From Asterias rubens (Eukaryota), in assembly GCF_902459465.1 (NCBI RefSeq), contig NC_047072.1, positions 8,742,001-8,806,000 on the forward strand: DNA of 64,000 nt, given 5' to 3'. Shown piece by piece: positions 1 through 12,584 of this stretch (its first letter is position 1; every line of letters begins with the position of its first letter). The position numbers and the translations under genes are program-made. Under the pieces are notes generated by a model, which made no database searches, was not told where the DNA came from, and saw only the letters and a list, made by a program, of their open reading frames with translations.

Positions 1-3000
1 TTTACTCTCATCCCTACATGAAGCCTAGCTTTTCCAGCTGTCTTATTTTCCATTGAATTTAGCCTCGTTTATTTATACATTTTTGTCTTTAGTGTAAGCT
101 AAGAAAGTCTAACTGACGTGTGCTCAAAGGCACACTGCTCCAAAACGCCGCCTGACGGCACCGTTAAAAATCGCTGGCCTCCACAGAGAACACAACCCCA
201 GTGCTCCTCTATTCCTCACAAAAACACTAAATAATATTCATGTTTTCTACAAATTTCTCCCCCCTGTTGTGTCCATGCCGCTGTGTGTTGGTCTCACTAG
301 ACCCATTTTAATGACGCGCATTGGGCCCGCACGGTGGATGACAGAGAGGCCCAATTTGCGGCTTCCTAATCGAAAAGGGACCCACTTAAGTTATGCCCTG
401 CCCGGGGGCTCTCGTTGCAACAAGGCGAAACATATTAATACGATTCTTGCCCGTTTACTGTACCGGATTTCCTGGGGAAATACAATGCACTCAGAGACCT
501 TCCTTTTACAACCTTCTTTCAATACCCGTGTCTTTCAAGAGAAAATGTCGGGCACTTTGTTCAATCGTGAATATTGGTGATGATTCAACGCCATAATAAG
601 CGGTCATCGTTCATCGGTAAAAGAAAAAAGCTCTCCGTCTCTCCCCCTCTCTCTTAGGGCAAACTCTCTAATGTGTTTAGCCTACAAAGAGCGCCCCCAT
701 CGGTTGTGAGGGAGCGGAGATAAACTAGATAACTTATATATTTAATTAAGTTAAAGACCACTGAATTTGTTTTAGAATTTCCAGGAACCAGACAATTGAC
801 TTTTGTTTGGATTTATCCAGAATTTGGATTTGTCCAGATTGTGTGCTCCTTACATGCTCGTACGCTTCAATGCCAAAGTAATTCAATTGAAGTTAAAAAT
901 GGGTCGTTGAAAACATGTGTCGCCGTTAAAAACTGAAAGGCACATGTTAACATTTACGATTCAAATAAAATGTATTTCAGAAACTGAATGTTCCTGACAA
1001 AGTTGTTGTTCTCCGTTGAGCCGAAAGGCCAAACTATAGACAATGTGACCTGTGACATCACATGTTTACAAAAGAGCCACAGAGCCTGGACTTTCTGCAG
1101 GCACGATTTGTACACAGCCTAATGGAAGAAAGCATATAATGTATTTTATCGAAATTGCACTGTCTAACTTATCAACTGTTGATATGATGAAAGGGGGCAC
1201 AACTCAAAACTTGTTAAGTTCTTACTTTCATAACTCTTGGATTCATGTGGAAATTATGACATAAACTTTCCAATATGGTTGCAGTATCTTGCCTGCAGAA
1301 TACCCGAAGAATATACAAGGGCACACTTATTGTATAACATTATTCACATGGTCTATACCATTGACGGAAGGTTTGCACTCAGGATCTGAGTTTTTAATAT
1401 TTACTTCCTTTACCGTCTAACCCTTGTTTTCCTTGAACTTACCTTTTGTTTTCCCGCGTGTTTTTTAAACACGCTAAACTGTACATAGGCCTACACTCAG
1501 ATTGAAACATTACACTCACACCGATGCACGCCGTGATACCTTTAAGATATTAACTTGCTCCCTTTTCTCCGTCACCTTAAGCTATATAAAAAACTATCCG
1601 CCCAAAAGCGCATTTATATTAAAGAATGAAGAATTGCTTGCATTAGTCCACACAGCACGTGTTTATTAAGGATTTGGCGGGAAATAATGATGTATACTCG
1701 ATTTGAGCGGGAATAACTGATGATGTGCCGCGTGTCAAAGCACTGTGCGTGAAATGGAGTCAACGGGTACTCGCTGCCATTGGCTTGTTATGTCCCTCGT
1801 TCAACTCTTGAGCTTCCGAATGATCGAAATTCGAAAGCAGTCACCTTTTTACAATAGCAATGCTAGGGCCGACTTCACAAAAAAAACTATTTTATCTCAA
1901 TTCTGTCTCAATCGTAAATGCCAATCAAAGTTTTATGTAATAGAAATCACTAGTGGCGATTCTGACAACAGACCTTATGCATATGACGTCATTTCAGTAC
2001 GGCGCCCTCGCCTTGAGGTCAAAGGGAGGTTGTTCATTGGCCAATCTATGTGTGTTGTGATTGTTTCGTCATCGTTTGACCTCAAAGATGGCTGCTGGAT
2101 GACGTCAAAGGTCTACTCAACTCCATCCAGATCATTATTAGTTCTTAGTGAAATAGAACCCTGGTTCGGTTTTTTCTTATCTTCCAGCAACATGGTGGAT
2201 GAAGACTTTTAAAGTAGTTAACGTATCATGTACAGTGTTTATTTTCACCATAATTGCTTCGTCCTTTGGACGGGAAATTTAAGCTGTAGGCCCCGGATCC
2301 CAGAACACTTTCCTGGGACGAGTAGTTGTTAACCCTGCGTTTCTGGTTTCCATGTACCGTTGTTTACAGATTTTAACTGGCTTGCGATCGACTGTGATTA
2401 AGCTCACTTATGAAACATCCTTGGTATTAATACCAGAATAATTTTGCGTAAAATCAGTGGTATTGTGCGTAGCTGCAACAAAATTACTCGAGGATACATT
2501 TATTTTCACGTCAATTTCCATTTTTTGCCTTGTAGAGTAGATAAGGTAGGGTATAATTTTATTTCACTCCTCCAATTTAAAAAGACACCACCCAATTAAT
2601 ACACACCATGTGTAAAGTATATAGGCATCTTAAAACACACTTAAATTCGTGCAACAAGGTTTGTTTTCCTTTCATTTGTTGTTGTTGCAACTTTGGTGAC
2701 CAGTTGAGCTTACATTTTTACGGATTTGTTATTTTATAAACGCCAAGTGAGATTACTAGTTTTGGCAACTACCAAACGTGTCCAGTACCTTTGAGCTTCT
2801 ATTAGTCACCGACTTCAATAACCTCTCTTTAAAGGAGAATCTAGCTTGCTATGATATTGATTGATCGATTTGAAAAAGAAGAAAAAACTTGTTGGAAAGA
2901 TGATCGCGAATGTCACGCAATGGGTTTCATTAAGTCAAACTACCATGGTAACTAGCTGTATACATGCACGATAGTCACACAGTACTTTGAGGGAATCACG

Positions 3001-3267
3001 TAAGTGAAACTTGTCCAAAATCAATAATTTTGTTTGGTGGGTTTTCTACACTCAATCGCCTTACTTTTTAAGTGTATATGATTTCAAGTCACATGGCCCG
3101 ATTTCGTCGAAGTTAACGGTTAACAATGTGATGTGTAGTGATATGCAGCCACTGCCAGAAACAGCGGTGCGAACCCCGTCTCTTAGCGATAAGAAGTTTG
3201 TTCCTGTATGTGCATTATAACACAACACACGGGACTAAAGTCTTTTCATTTAAAAATGGTTATTCAA

Positions 3268-3887
3268 GATCCTTTACAAAACAACAGCTTTGGCCTGGCC
3301 TCGAGAGTTGGCTCTGACTTGGGCTCCGACTTGGGCTCCGACTTTGGATCATGCTTAGGCTCCTGCTTGGGCTCCGGTTAGGCTCCGGTTTGGGCTCCTG
3401 CTTGGGCTCATGCTTTTGGGCTCCTGATTGGGTTCCTGTTTTGGGCTCCTGCTTGGGCTCCGACTTGGGCTCCGACTTTGGCTCTGACTTTGGATCATGC
3501 TTTGGCCCGTGCTTGGGCTCCGGTCCGGTTTGGGCTCCTGCTTGAGCTCCTGCTTGAGCTCTCGCTTGGGCTCCGACTTTGGCTCTGACTTTGGATCATG
3601 CCTAGGCTCCTGCTTGGGCTCCGGTCCGGTTCTGGGCTCCTGCTTGGGCTCTCGCTTGGGCTCCGACTTGGGCTCCGACTTTGGCTCTGTCTTTGGATCA
3701 TGCTTAGGCTCCTGCTTGGGCTCCGGTTTGGGCTGCCGCTTTGGGTTCGGTTTGGGATCCGACTTTGGCTCATGCTTAGGCTGCGTCCGCTTGATTAAAC
3801 ACCCGTTAGGAAATCACACATTTTCTATATAACTGACAAGCCCGAGCCCTAAGCTAAATCCCAATCCATGGTTTTGAAAAGACCCTG
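3268..3887. mobile_element. TIR element whose interior is an expanded 12-bp minisatellite (3308-3785)
   Basis: Imperfect TIRs gatcctttacaaaac / gttttgaaaagacc; units ttgggctccgac, ttgggctcctgc, tttggctctgac, tttggatcatgc. Confidence 0.6.
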
Positions 3888-4018
3888 TAAGTGTCTTCCT
3901 CAAGACCACAGGCTCTATAACGTGATAGGGCGTCCAAGAGGTCGACAAAAAAAGGCTGCTTAAGGGCCCATCCTGAGTGACGCGCGAACAAGACGTGCGT
4001 TTAACGGGACCTGCCATG

Positions 4019-4186
4019 CAGTGGATTTTACCAAACTCTTCCATACTTAGGTTGGACTTAGGATGAGTTAAGTTCCGTATCCGGAGACAATAGGACGCAT
4101 TGAACTCATCCTAAGTTTAGGACGAGTTATGCTCGTCCTTACTCAAGAAAACTCCTAACTCCCAGTGTTCGTGAAATCGGCTGCTG
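4019..4186. mobile_element. Family E hairpin MITE, variant copy (PIF/Harbinger-like by inference)
   Basis: Ends gtggattttacc ... gtgaaatcggctg; internal taggac/gtccta motifs shared with 5769, 22846, 25295 and 32262. Confidence 0.6.
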
Positions 4187-5256
4187 AGCCCACATTCAGA
4201 ATGATTTACCAATCTGAGCTTGAGTCCGGTGCAGTTTAAGACTGCTCGGTAATACCACACTCCATGAGCCAAACTGTTGTCAAGGAATTTTCGCGCTAAA
4301 CAGCCCCTCCCTCCTGGTGAGTCCAGTCAAATCATAAACTCACTGACACAAAACAAGTTAACATTTAAAACGCTACTTTTGATCAATAGGTATTACCTTT
4401 CCACCCCAGTTATATAAAAATAATATCATCACCGGGCGAGAGTTTTGCACGATAATATAATTTCATCTGTTGATCGATGATATAATAACATTTTCGTGGA
4501 ATTCCTCTCCTCGCGTGTTCTTCCCGACGCAGAAATTTCCCCTTGCGTGCTTCGTCCTCATTCCCCGGGCAATTGCAAAACGTCAGCGTGGTAGCATGCA
4601 ATAAAATTATCAACAAACCCAACATAAAAAAATCTCAAATTAAAATAAAAAAACGTAACTTTGACGCGGGTCATAGGGTGCGTAATTAAGTTTACCCACG
4701 CAAATTACATTAACTTTGTGGACTTATCCCGTCGTTTCACACGAAACACTGATTTATTGTTGTTGAATGATTCGGTTACAGTATTATTTTATGTGTTTTG
4801 TAGATTTTTCTGTGGGAAGTAATTTGTTCTGCTGTTTCTCTGCAGAGCCTTAATGATAAAAACACAATAAAGATTGATTTGGCGCATTACAAATATTATT
4901 ATTAATGTCCAAATGAAGTCTGCAACAGAGTGGCTGAAATAGTAGGGTTTAAAAAAAAAACGTTTGAAAGAAAGACTTTTGTAACTGTACTGCATAGATC
5001 CCATTGGGTTATTCTTTATTCTATACCGGGTTAAAATCAGTTCAGCGTGATGGCTGTTTTCTGCTGATACCCCAGTTGAACCAATATAAATATACAATGG
5101 CATACTTTTCAATATAACAAGAGTGTACACTAAACATAACAATGAAAACAACAAGGGGAAAAGAAATGTGAACTTAAGGATTGTACAAAAGCAATCTTCT
5201 GGATCTACGAAAAACATAATTAACGTTAAAAAGCTCAAAAATTAAATAGTAAACAA

Positions 5257-5642
5257 TTAAAGGCAGTGGACACTATTGGTAACTACTCAAAATAATTATT
5301 GGCATAAAACCTTTCTTGGTGACGAGTAATGGGGAGAGGTTGATTGTATATAACATTGTGAGAAACGGCTCCCTCTGAAGTGCCATAGTTTGCGAGAAAG
5401 AAGTAATTTTCCACGAATTTGATTTCGAGACCTCAGATTTAGAACTTGAGGTCTCGAAATCAACCATCTAAACGCACACAACTTTGTGTGACAAGGGTTA
5501 TTTTTCTTTCATTATTATCTCGCAACTTCGATGACCGATTGAGCTCAAATTTTCACAGGTTTGTTATTTTATGCATATGTTGAGATACACCCAATGTGAA
5601 GGCTAGTCTTTGACAATTACCAATAGTGTCCACTGCCTTTAA
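5257..5642. mobile_element. Family A MITE, full length (TTAA TSD, AG...CT ends; Kolobok/T2-type by inference)
   Basis: ttaa|aggcagtggacactattggtaa ... ttaccaatagtgtccactgcct|ttaa; 378 bp between TSDs. Confidence 0.9.
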
Positions 5643-5765
5643 TGTTTCAATATCTAAACTCAGTGTATTGGATGATTAGCTGGAAGTACCCCGATGTCCC
5701 TGGCAAGTTCATATGTATAGCTGATTGTTGGTCTTCCCCTATTTCGCCTTTCATGTTTTGATGAC

Positions 5766-5920
5766 CAGGGGTGGATTTCACAAAGACTTAGGACTAGTCT
5801 TATCTCGAGTTAGGACCAGTTACTCGTCCTAACTTAGGACTATCCATGCAATTTGTATATCACCTATAGGACTAGTCCTAAGTTAGGACTAGTCCTAACT
5901 CTTTGTGAAATCGACCCCTG
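5766..5920. mobile_element. Family E MITE
   Basis: cag|gggtggatttcacaaag ... ctttgtgaaatcgaccc|ctg; internal palindromes taggactagtccta. Confidence 0.85.
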
Positions 5921-6436
5921 GTGATGGAACCAAGCCTTTGATGCAAGCATGAGCCACGAAAAAAAAGTCCGCACTCGCAGTTTCTTTTCCTACAGACTGA
6001 TAAGTGAGTACTATTCTCATGTGGCCACTTTTACATAATACTGGATGTTCATTCCACATAATCCAACCTAATCATTGATATAATATTATGCTACGTCCAT
6101 GCGTTGATTATAAATCAGAACTCGATCCTTATTCAATCAGTGTGATAGGTTTCTTTAATGTGTGCTACTAATTTGTCTTTCGTGGGCTGTGGTAAATGAG
6201 TTAAGACGACGAGCATGGAACATTTGGGAGGAAGGAGTGATGAACTTAATCAGATCTTTGCGTTGAAGCATGTATGTTGAGGCTAGATCGCCGACTGTTC
6301 TTGTGTTTTGTTTCCTTCTTTTCCCAGAACGGATAGATTTAGCGTCCGGTTTGAATAGGATACACCCGACGGAAGAAACGAGTACAAATCCAAACCCTTT
6401 TCCTGTATTCCACACTCTAAAACCAAACGATTCCCT

Positions 6437-6689
6437 TTAAAGGCTATAGACATTATTGGTAATTGTAACTTCTCACTCAAATATTAAAATACTACATGCC
6501 TGAAGCCTTTATGAGGCATCTTAGGCACATATTTGTGCCAGATGGGTGTTTTGTCTTTCATTATTCTCTTGCAACTTCGATGACCAATTGAGTCCAAATT
6601 TACACAGTTTTGTTATATGCATATGTTGAGATAAACCAAGTGAGAAGAAAAGTCTTTAACAATTACCAAAGGTTTCCCAATGCCTTTAA
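6437..6689. mobile_element. Family A variant MITE, internally deleted
   Basis: ttaa|aggctatagacattattggtaatt ... aattaccaaaggtttcccaatgcct|ttaa. Confidence 0.75.
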
Positions 6690-8084
6690 GGCACAGAAGT
6701 TCTCAGCGGTACACCGAATCAGTGCTCGTAGCCATTCAAAAGAGAAATTAATTATTTAATTGAGGGTCAAGAGTCCATCTTAAAAAATAATTGATCTGTT
6801 ATTGTCTCAAAGTGTCCAAGGATATTTTCTCTAAGTTAACCTATAACACCACACGCGTTGTATTAAACGGGCTCAAGTAGACTTGACTTACTTTCGCAGG
6901 AAACTTTTTGCAAACATTTACCAAAATACCGCACTTTATCTTTAATTAAGGAAATCTTCAAAGACACGAGTCTAAACTCTCAGTGTTTGTTGTGGTCTTA
7001 TACAGAAGCATATATCCCATAAACTCACTCGACCTTTACATCCAAGTTTTGCTTCTATTTCCCCGGGCGATTTACTTCGGTTTAGCTTCTTCTACAAATA
7101 TCATTAATCAGCTAAATCGATCTCTCGACGATGGGGACGAGATCTCATAAACCGCTGCTGACTGTTCCACTGAACAAATACCATACCATTTATCACTCTA
7201 CAGTCTAGCCATATTAAATGAAGTTAGAAACACACGGGACGACCGTGATGTGGGTGGGTGGGTTTTTTGGTTGAGTACAAATTTAAAGCACCGAAACGTG
7301 GAGCAAACAGACGGGGTTATTATTGGGGAAAGAGTGAGTACATTTGCTCCAATTTAGCGTTGTCTTTCAACTCTTGTTAGTCTAGGACATTGTTAGTGGC
7401 ATTATGCCAGCTTTATAACACAGTCATGTGCCTATCTGCTATTAAGGGTCGTTTCGTCGATGGCTCGCTATTCCACTCGATTGAACCAGCGAAAAACAGT
7501 CTGCAAAGTTTAGCACTGGTGTCAGCAGTGGGATTGCTCCTAATTTGCTGATCCTGGTTACGCTTGATGAAGGGGTTGTGCAGTATTTGTAACAGTGGAA
7601 CTTCAACATGACGTTCAAAATACTTTTTTGTATTAAAGAAGCAAACTGTCGTGAGAAATCTTATTTAAGTTAAATGTCACCAGTTCAACTGAAAGACAAA
7701 ATGGGTTAACATTTCAAAACACTTCTAATTAAAACCTGTATACTTTTTGGGGATAAGCTGATTTCAGCTTACACAACTAGTGTGTTGTTCCCTAGTTGAG
7801 GTACAATACACACGTTTCTAAATATTATAACCTTTATTCAAAATGAAAGAAATGGGATATGTTCATATCTCGCTTCTTACACAGTGAATCGATATACCTC
7901 GCGGGTTAAAAGAAGCGAAAATGAAAGTGGGTTCGAACAAAAGTTGTTTTTACTTCAGAAATTTAAATTTTCCTTACACGAATCCTTTTATGAAAAATCA
8001 ATGCTCCCCGTCCCGTGAAACGGAAAGTAACATAAGCTCACGTATAATATACGCAACACCGTGGTAACTTCAGCTGCTAGTATA

Positions 8085-8286
8085 CAAATATTGACTGCTT
8101 CGAGTGCTATGGTTAAAACTATGACTCCCGAGGTGATCCCCGGAGCGTTCTATTTTCCCGAGGGACTCCCGAGGTGATCCCCGGAGCGTTCTATTTTCCC
8201 GAGGCCTCGGGAAAATAGAACGCTCCGGGGATCACCTCGGGAGTCAGAGTGTTAACCATTGCACGAGTAAAAGCAGTCAATATTTG
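8085..8286. mobile_element. Fold-back element with a perfect 82-bp palindromic core and a tandemly duplicated arm
   Basis: Outer IR caaatattgactgctt / aagcagtcaatatttg; 41-bp unit at 8123-8163 and 8164-8204, exact reverse complement at 8205-8245. Confidence 0.9.
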
Positions 8287-8638
8287 TTTTTTAACACCCC
8301 AAACATTTCTAAATACTGTATTATTAAGTTGGGACCTGAATGCTACAATCCACAGACGACGCGAATACAGATTGCGAAAACTTTCACTGTGCTGCATGTA
8401 GTGTCATGTAAACCGAAATGGTTACAGACTATTAATTTATCATCCTCGTACACGCAACGGACGTCTGGGTACTGCACGCCGTGTGATAGTCTTCGGACTA
8501 GCGTACGGCAAACCGATGCACTATCACACGGCAAACCGATGCACTATCACACGGCTGTCGTCTAGTAAAACTAAGACATATCATGTGACGCGCTCTAAAC
8601 CAACGAAAAGGGAGAATATTGGTAAGGGGTGTTAAAAT

Positions 8639-9935
8639 CTCTAATGTAAACCTTTATTAATGTGTATGCGAGTCAAAGACATGATAAGACAAAATATGCA
8701 CATAGGGTGTTTCAATTTGTATAAAGACAATTGCAAAAAAAAATGAAAGTACGGAAGTTGTATGTAACATAATTAGAGGGGAGTCGGCCAATGCGAGTCA
8801 AACATGTGATACGACAAAACATGCCCAAACAGTTTTTTATTTTAAATGGCAACTGCAAAATAAATCTTAAAATGGAAGTGCTAACAGAATAGGAGTGGGA
8901 GTCAGCCATTAGTGTACGAACCGGAACAGTTGCCGTCTAAAAAGAAAAGGGAAGAAACAGTCGATAAAAACTTCTTTTTTTTCGTACAAGATTATGAGAT
9001 AATTTGTTAAGACACTGGACACTATTGGTAATTGTCAAAGACCAGTCTTCTCGATTGGTGTATCTCAATATATGCATAAAATAACAAACCTGTGAAAATT
9101 TGAGTTTGATTGGTCGTCGGAGTTGTGAGATAACTATGAAAGAAAAAACATGCTTTCAGATGCTTGATTTCGAAACCTCAAATTCTAAATCTGAGGTCTC
9201 GAAATCAAATTCGTGGAAAATTACTTCTTTCTCGAAAACTACGTCACTTCAGAGGGAGCTGTTTCTCACAATGTTTTATACTACCAACCTCTCCCCATTT
9301 CTTGTTACACCAAATAAGGTTTTATGTCAATAATTATTTTGAGTAATTACCAATAGTGTCCACTACCTTTAGAGACTTACATAATACTCCATGTTGATGA
9401 AATGAAGGTTTTATTGTTACTGTCAACGTGCTGCTGTAACGGAGGAAGGCCTATCCTACTAGTCTCAAATGTAAAACCTTATTAATGTGTATGCGAGTCA
9501 AAGACGTGATACGACAAAATATGCACAAATGTATAGGACAATTACAAAAAAATGAAAGTACGGAAGTTTTATGTAACATAATAAGAGGGGGAGTCGGCCA
9601 ATGCGAGTCGAAGACGTGATACGACAAAGTATGCCCAAACAGTGTTTTTCAATTTAGATATAAAAAGACAGCTGTAAAAAAAACAAACGGAAGTGCACGG
9701 GTAACATAATAGGAGTGGGAGTCAGCCAATAGTGTGCTAAACGGCACCGAGCACGAACCGGAACAGTTGCCGTCTAAAATGAAAAGGGAAGAAACAGTCG
9801 ATCCAAAAACTTTTTTTTCGTACAAGATTATGAGATAATTTTTAAAGACTTACATGGTACTCGATGTTGATGAAATGAAAGTTTTATTGTTATTGTAAAC
9901 GTGCCGCTGTAACGGAGGAAGGCCTGTCCTCATTT
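8639..9935. repeat. Tandem segmental duplication (~480-bp unit x2), each unit with an internal ~140-bp duplication
   Basis: Copy 1 is 8639-9006 plus 9373-9460 (split by a MITE); copy 2 is ~9461-9935; shared atgcgagtcaaagac...ggagtcggccaat blocks. Confidence 0.85.
9007..9372. mobile_element. Family A MITE inserted in copy 1 of the tandem duplication
   Basis: Family A TIRs; the empty site ataattt-ttaa-agacttac is visible in copy 2 near 9835-9852. Confidence 0.88.
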
Positions 9936-10003
9936 CTCAATGAAAAATAGGCAAGAATGATATTTCTCTTTATACAAAAGTGAAAAAGACAAACGTTAGT
10001 AGT

Positions 10004-10905
10004 AGTTTGATGAGTTTTTTACAGCTTGCTATGTGGTGTACTTATTGAAAACCAAATAATGGGAAGGAAGTATACTATTCTTTTAAAACCTAGGGTGTAT
10101 GAATTGAACAGCAAACATACAAAGCCGTATAAGTGTTGAGTGGGTTCAGAACGTTCAGATGTAAAACTTTGTCCCGCTGTTTGCACTTTAATAGTGACCA
10201 CCTAATTTGATGAGTATTTTTACAGCTTGCTCGTGTCGTGTACTCATTGAAAGCTAGACAGGGGAAGGAAGTATGTTATTCTTTTAAACCTAGGATGTTC
10301 GAATCAAACAGCAAACACTCAAAGCTGAGGCCGGATGGATTCAGAACGTTTACACGGAAAATATGTTTCGCTATTTGCACTTTAAACGTGACCACCTAGA
10401 TTGATAAGTATTTTTGCAGTTTGCACGTGTCGTGTACTCTTTAAAAAATAATGGGAAGGAAGTATGCAAGTTCTTTAAAAACCTAGGGTGTATGAATTAA
10501 ACAGCAAACACCAAAAGTCGAGGTCGGATGGGTTCAGAACGATCACATGGAAAACTATTTTTCGCTGTTGTACTCTAAACGTGACCACCTAGTTTGATGA
10601 GTATTTTTACAGCTTGCTCGTGTCGTCTACTCATTGAAAGCTAGACGAGGATGGAAGTATGTTATTCTTTTAAACCTAGGGCGTACAAATCAAACAGCAC
10701 ACACACAAAGCTGAGGTCGGATGGGTTCAGAACGATCACATGGATAACTATTTTTCGCTGTTTGTACTTTGAACGTGACCACCTAGTTTGATGAGTATTT
10801 TTACAGCTTGTTTGTATTGTGTATTCATTGAAAGCTAGATGGGATGAAAGTATGTAGTTTTCTATGAAAACCTAGGGTGTATGAATTAAACAGCAAACAC
10901 ACGGG
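10004..10905. repeat. Satellite array, ~194-bp monomer, about 4.6 copies
   Basis: Monomers start at 10004, 10204, 10398, 10591 and 10785 (agtttgatgagtattttt...gtgaccacct). Confidence 0.92.
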
Positions 10906-11412
10906 GTCCGGTGGATCAATGTCCTCAGCCTGGCCAATCTTTCTCTGTCATATTGACAGTGTAATCCCAAAAGCTTTCCCTTCGTGTTATTTCATCTAAT
11001 CTTCTTCTTTTTATTCCCCGGAGCTTGTCATGTTTGTAACATACTTACATTCGGCAGATGGTTCAGCGGTCTATTTTTCTTGCAATGTTACTGTCAGCCT
11101 CAGGCTGCCTGACACATGACTTAAAAAGTCTTCAGTGTAAAACTGTGCAAACATTAAGGTGTTTTACCTCGAAATCGCTTTGGTGCTTTTGAAGACTTTG
11201 GTTTTAACTATAGACTTCGAAAGCACCTTAAGATTCCCTTTTGACCATCCAGGGGTATTTCGGGGCTACTACCTCGTTGTATTCCGACACATGTGAAGAG
11301 CATACATTGAAGGGTCTAACTTACCTCATGATATTCAATTTGATGATAGGCACCAGGTATGGGGGGCTTGAAGGCGTACCGTCCCTCCCCCCCCCCCCCC
11401 CCTCAAGACCAG

Positions 11413-11694
11413 TGCCCAATTTCATAGCGCTGCTTAGCGGCCGATTTTTGGTGCTTACTGTGCGAGCTCAATTTTATTAGCGCTGCTAACCGTTGCACAT
11501 GAAAAGGCATGATAACCTTCCGGTGCTTACTTACCGCACGAAAATAAAATGATGTCACATTGCAAATTCATGGTGAACGCGCAATATGGCCGCCTATTTT
11601 TTCTGTTATTCCTGTGAAATACGCTCGCAAATTTTTCTGCTATGGTAAGGACGAAAATCTGCTTACCGATAAGCAGCGCTATGAAATTGGTCCA
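11413..11694. mobile_element. Family H MITE (Harbinger-like by inference)
   Basis: TIR cccaatttcatagcgctgcttagcgg / ccgataagcagcgctatgaaattgg. Confidence 0.75.
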
Positions 11695-12584
11695 AGGAGG
11701 CGTGCACCATCTAAGCAGCTCTACGGTCCGTTAAAACAAGTCGAAGCTTGCTTCCGCACGCCTTCAAAACGTCCGTCAACACACAAACAAACAAAAAAAC
11801 TCTCCGCAACCGTCTCGCGGAAAGCTAGAAGATGCGTTGCTCGTGGCAACCGCATCAATCCTAAACACCAAAATGGTGAATTCAAGCAAGTGATGACTCT
11901 GAATAGTATCCTCCTTACATGGGACATCAACCAGACGTAATTCCCTCTCTTTGCGATTAATTTCTCGATGACCACGGAGAACTCCGAGCAGATCCTCACG
12001 GTTGCGTAGACACGCTTGAAAACCGGCAACGCTGCAAATAGCAAAAAACCGGGTGACTGTTTAGTTGAATGTGTGTAGCGGAAGAGAGCAGATGAAACCC
12101 TGTATCAATGAACTCGGGAAGGAACTCTTATGAGGACGGGATGTAGATCGGAGCATTATTGACACCAGAGTACATTCTGAAATCAATCATTAGCTTCATT
12201 TATTTCAATCTCGGGGTTTTTGTTTTCATTACAAAGCTTTCGTAAACGCCAGCCAATGTTCAACCGCGCAGCTTGGGGTTTTATAAATATTTTAGTTTAA
12301 TATAGTTGCGTTTTCCTGTCGACTTTCCATCTGCAGACTGTGTTTAATTTTGAGGAACCCTTTAAGCAGAAAAAAAGTACCATAGAAATATATACATTTG
12401 CGTTTCATACATCAGATTATGGACTATTTGAAATGGTAATATTCCAAACATAAATGAACTCGCAACCACATTCTGCTCTAAATGAAACATAAAAACAATG
12501 TTCCGAAACACTAATTTGAAGAAATAAACCGTATTGATAATTATAATCCAGTTTGCTCCCCAGTTGAACTGACTCGTAACAATG

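Noticed and set aside
3351-3832. ORFs reading LGSD/LGSC repeats (+) or SRSP/RS-rich repeats (-)
   Set aside because: They are products of a 12-bp minisatellite; the frame shifts between blocks and stops occur within units.
8500-8570. Helitron 3' end (…cgtCTAGT) after a 24-bp direct repeat
   Set aside because: No convincing GC hairpin just before CTAG and no definable 5' TC end.
11560-12044. Overlapping 126-aa (+) and 107-aa (-) ORFs
   Set aside because: They partly overlap a MITE, start at non-ATG codons, and show no domain signal or splice support.
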